DNA from: Macrostomum lignano
Lineage: Eukaryota
Length of the DNA stretch: 64,000 nucleotides
Assembly: GCA_002269645.1 (NCBI GenBank)
Contig: NIVC01001680.1
Location: 1-64,000 of the forward strand
Direction: 5' to 3'
In this document: positions 63,532 to 64,000 of the stretch, piece by piece
Layout: the number at the start of each line of letters is the position of its first letter
Position numbering within the stretch: position 1 is the stretch's first letter
Made by a program: the position numbers and the translations under genes
The notes under the pieces: generated by a model
What the model saw: the letters and a program-made list of their open reading frames with translations, nothing else
Database searches by the model: none
What the model was told of the DNA's origin: nothing

Positions 63532-64000
63532 ATGAGCGAGAATCTAAATCATTTCGGACGCGCTGCTGAAGCTGTTAACGACCCTAGACGGGGCCGTTCG
63601 CGTTCGCGAAATGGACACCATATAGATACTTTATATTTTAATAGTTCGTCGCAATTTCCGGAGTTTGACGAGTTTCCGGATGCCGACTACTTAAATGAAC
63701 TATGCCGGATCCCTGAAGAGGGTAAGTTTGGTACCTGCTTGGTTATGTTTTAATTTATCCTCATTGAAATAAACATCTAGTGTTGCGACTTTCCTCCGCA
63801 GATGCCATCAGTCCTGAACCGCAGGGTGATCATGGACGCTGGGCACCGTGGACGTGGGTGTCGAGTGCGTGGACGTGGGCGAGGGCCCTGTGGAGTAATG
63901 GCGCTGCGGGCGGAGACAGCGATGTTGAATCTAGCCTTCAAAGTGATTCTGGCGAGGATGTTCGACCGGCCCCTGCGATGCTAGAGTCTCCCGTCCTGGG
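63532..64000 (+). CDS. Spliced hypothetical protein, partial (exons 63532-63721 and 63802->64000)
   Basis: Donor G|GTAAGT at 63722 and acceptor CCGCAG|AT at 63801 (phase 1); the frame stays open to the window end. Confidence 0.6.

Larger units (their letters stand above)
46835..64000 (-). mobile_element. Polinton/Maverick (adintovirus-type) endogenous virus; continues past the window end
   Basis: Full core gene set: pPolB, rve integrase, packaging ATPase, adenain protease, major and minor capsids. Candidate left terminus AGTAAT.. at 46835 (Polinton ends start with AG) cannot be verified without the other TIR. Confidence 0.93.

Overview
Eukaryotic, intron-containing animal DNA. GC-rich exons and minisatellite-filled introns suggest a flatworm such as Macrostomum, but this cannot be confirmed from sequence alone. 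(1) 1-23.6 kb is ordinary host DNA: a two-exon noggin, Tim10 (minus strand), the 3' exons of syntaxin-16, many micro/minisatellites, and decayed transposons (mariner, Merlin, MULE/NOF-like, a hAT MITE, tRNA-derived SINEs). (2) 23.9-45.6 kb is a co-oriented cluster of seven spliced genes that I rebuilt from splice sites and intron phases. Six begin Met-Cys and carry an LRAT/PLAAT-like (H-box/NC, permuted NlpC/P60) domain. In two of them it is fused to a caspase domain with reciprocal catalytic status: dead LRAT + QACRG caspase, and NCEHF LRAT + QTSQK pseudocaspase. In four it is fused to a UBR-box-like zinc finger. An ankyrin-repeat cGAS-like/Mab-21 nucleotidyltransferase gene sits among them. 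This looks like an innate-immunity/cell-death module with architectures I do not recognise from known families. (3) ~46.8 kb to the window end is a Polinton/adintovirus-type endogenous virus: protease, major capsid, core protein, integrase (catalytic D->N), membrane-active protein, penton, packaging ATPase, PLA2, dUTPase, pPolB, deoxynucleoside kinase, a TBP-like protein and two spliced genes. A TATAAG motif recurs ~40-50 nt upstream of many of its genes. About ten apparent single-base deletions break otherwise intact ORFs and are probably assembly errors.
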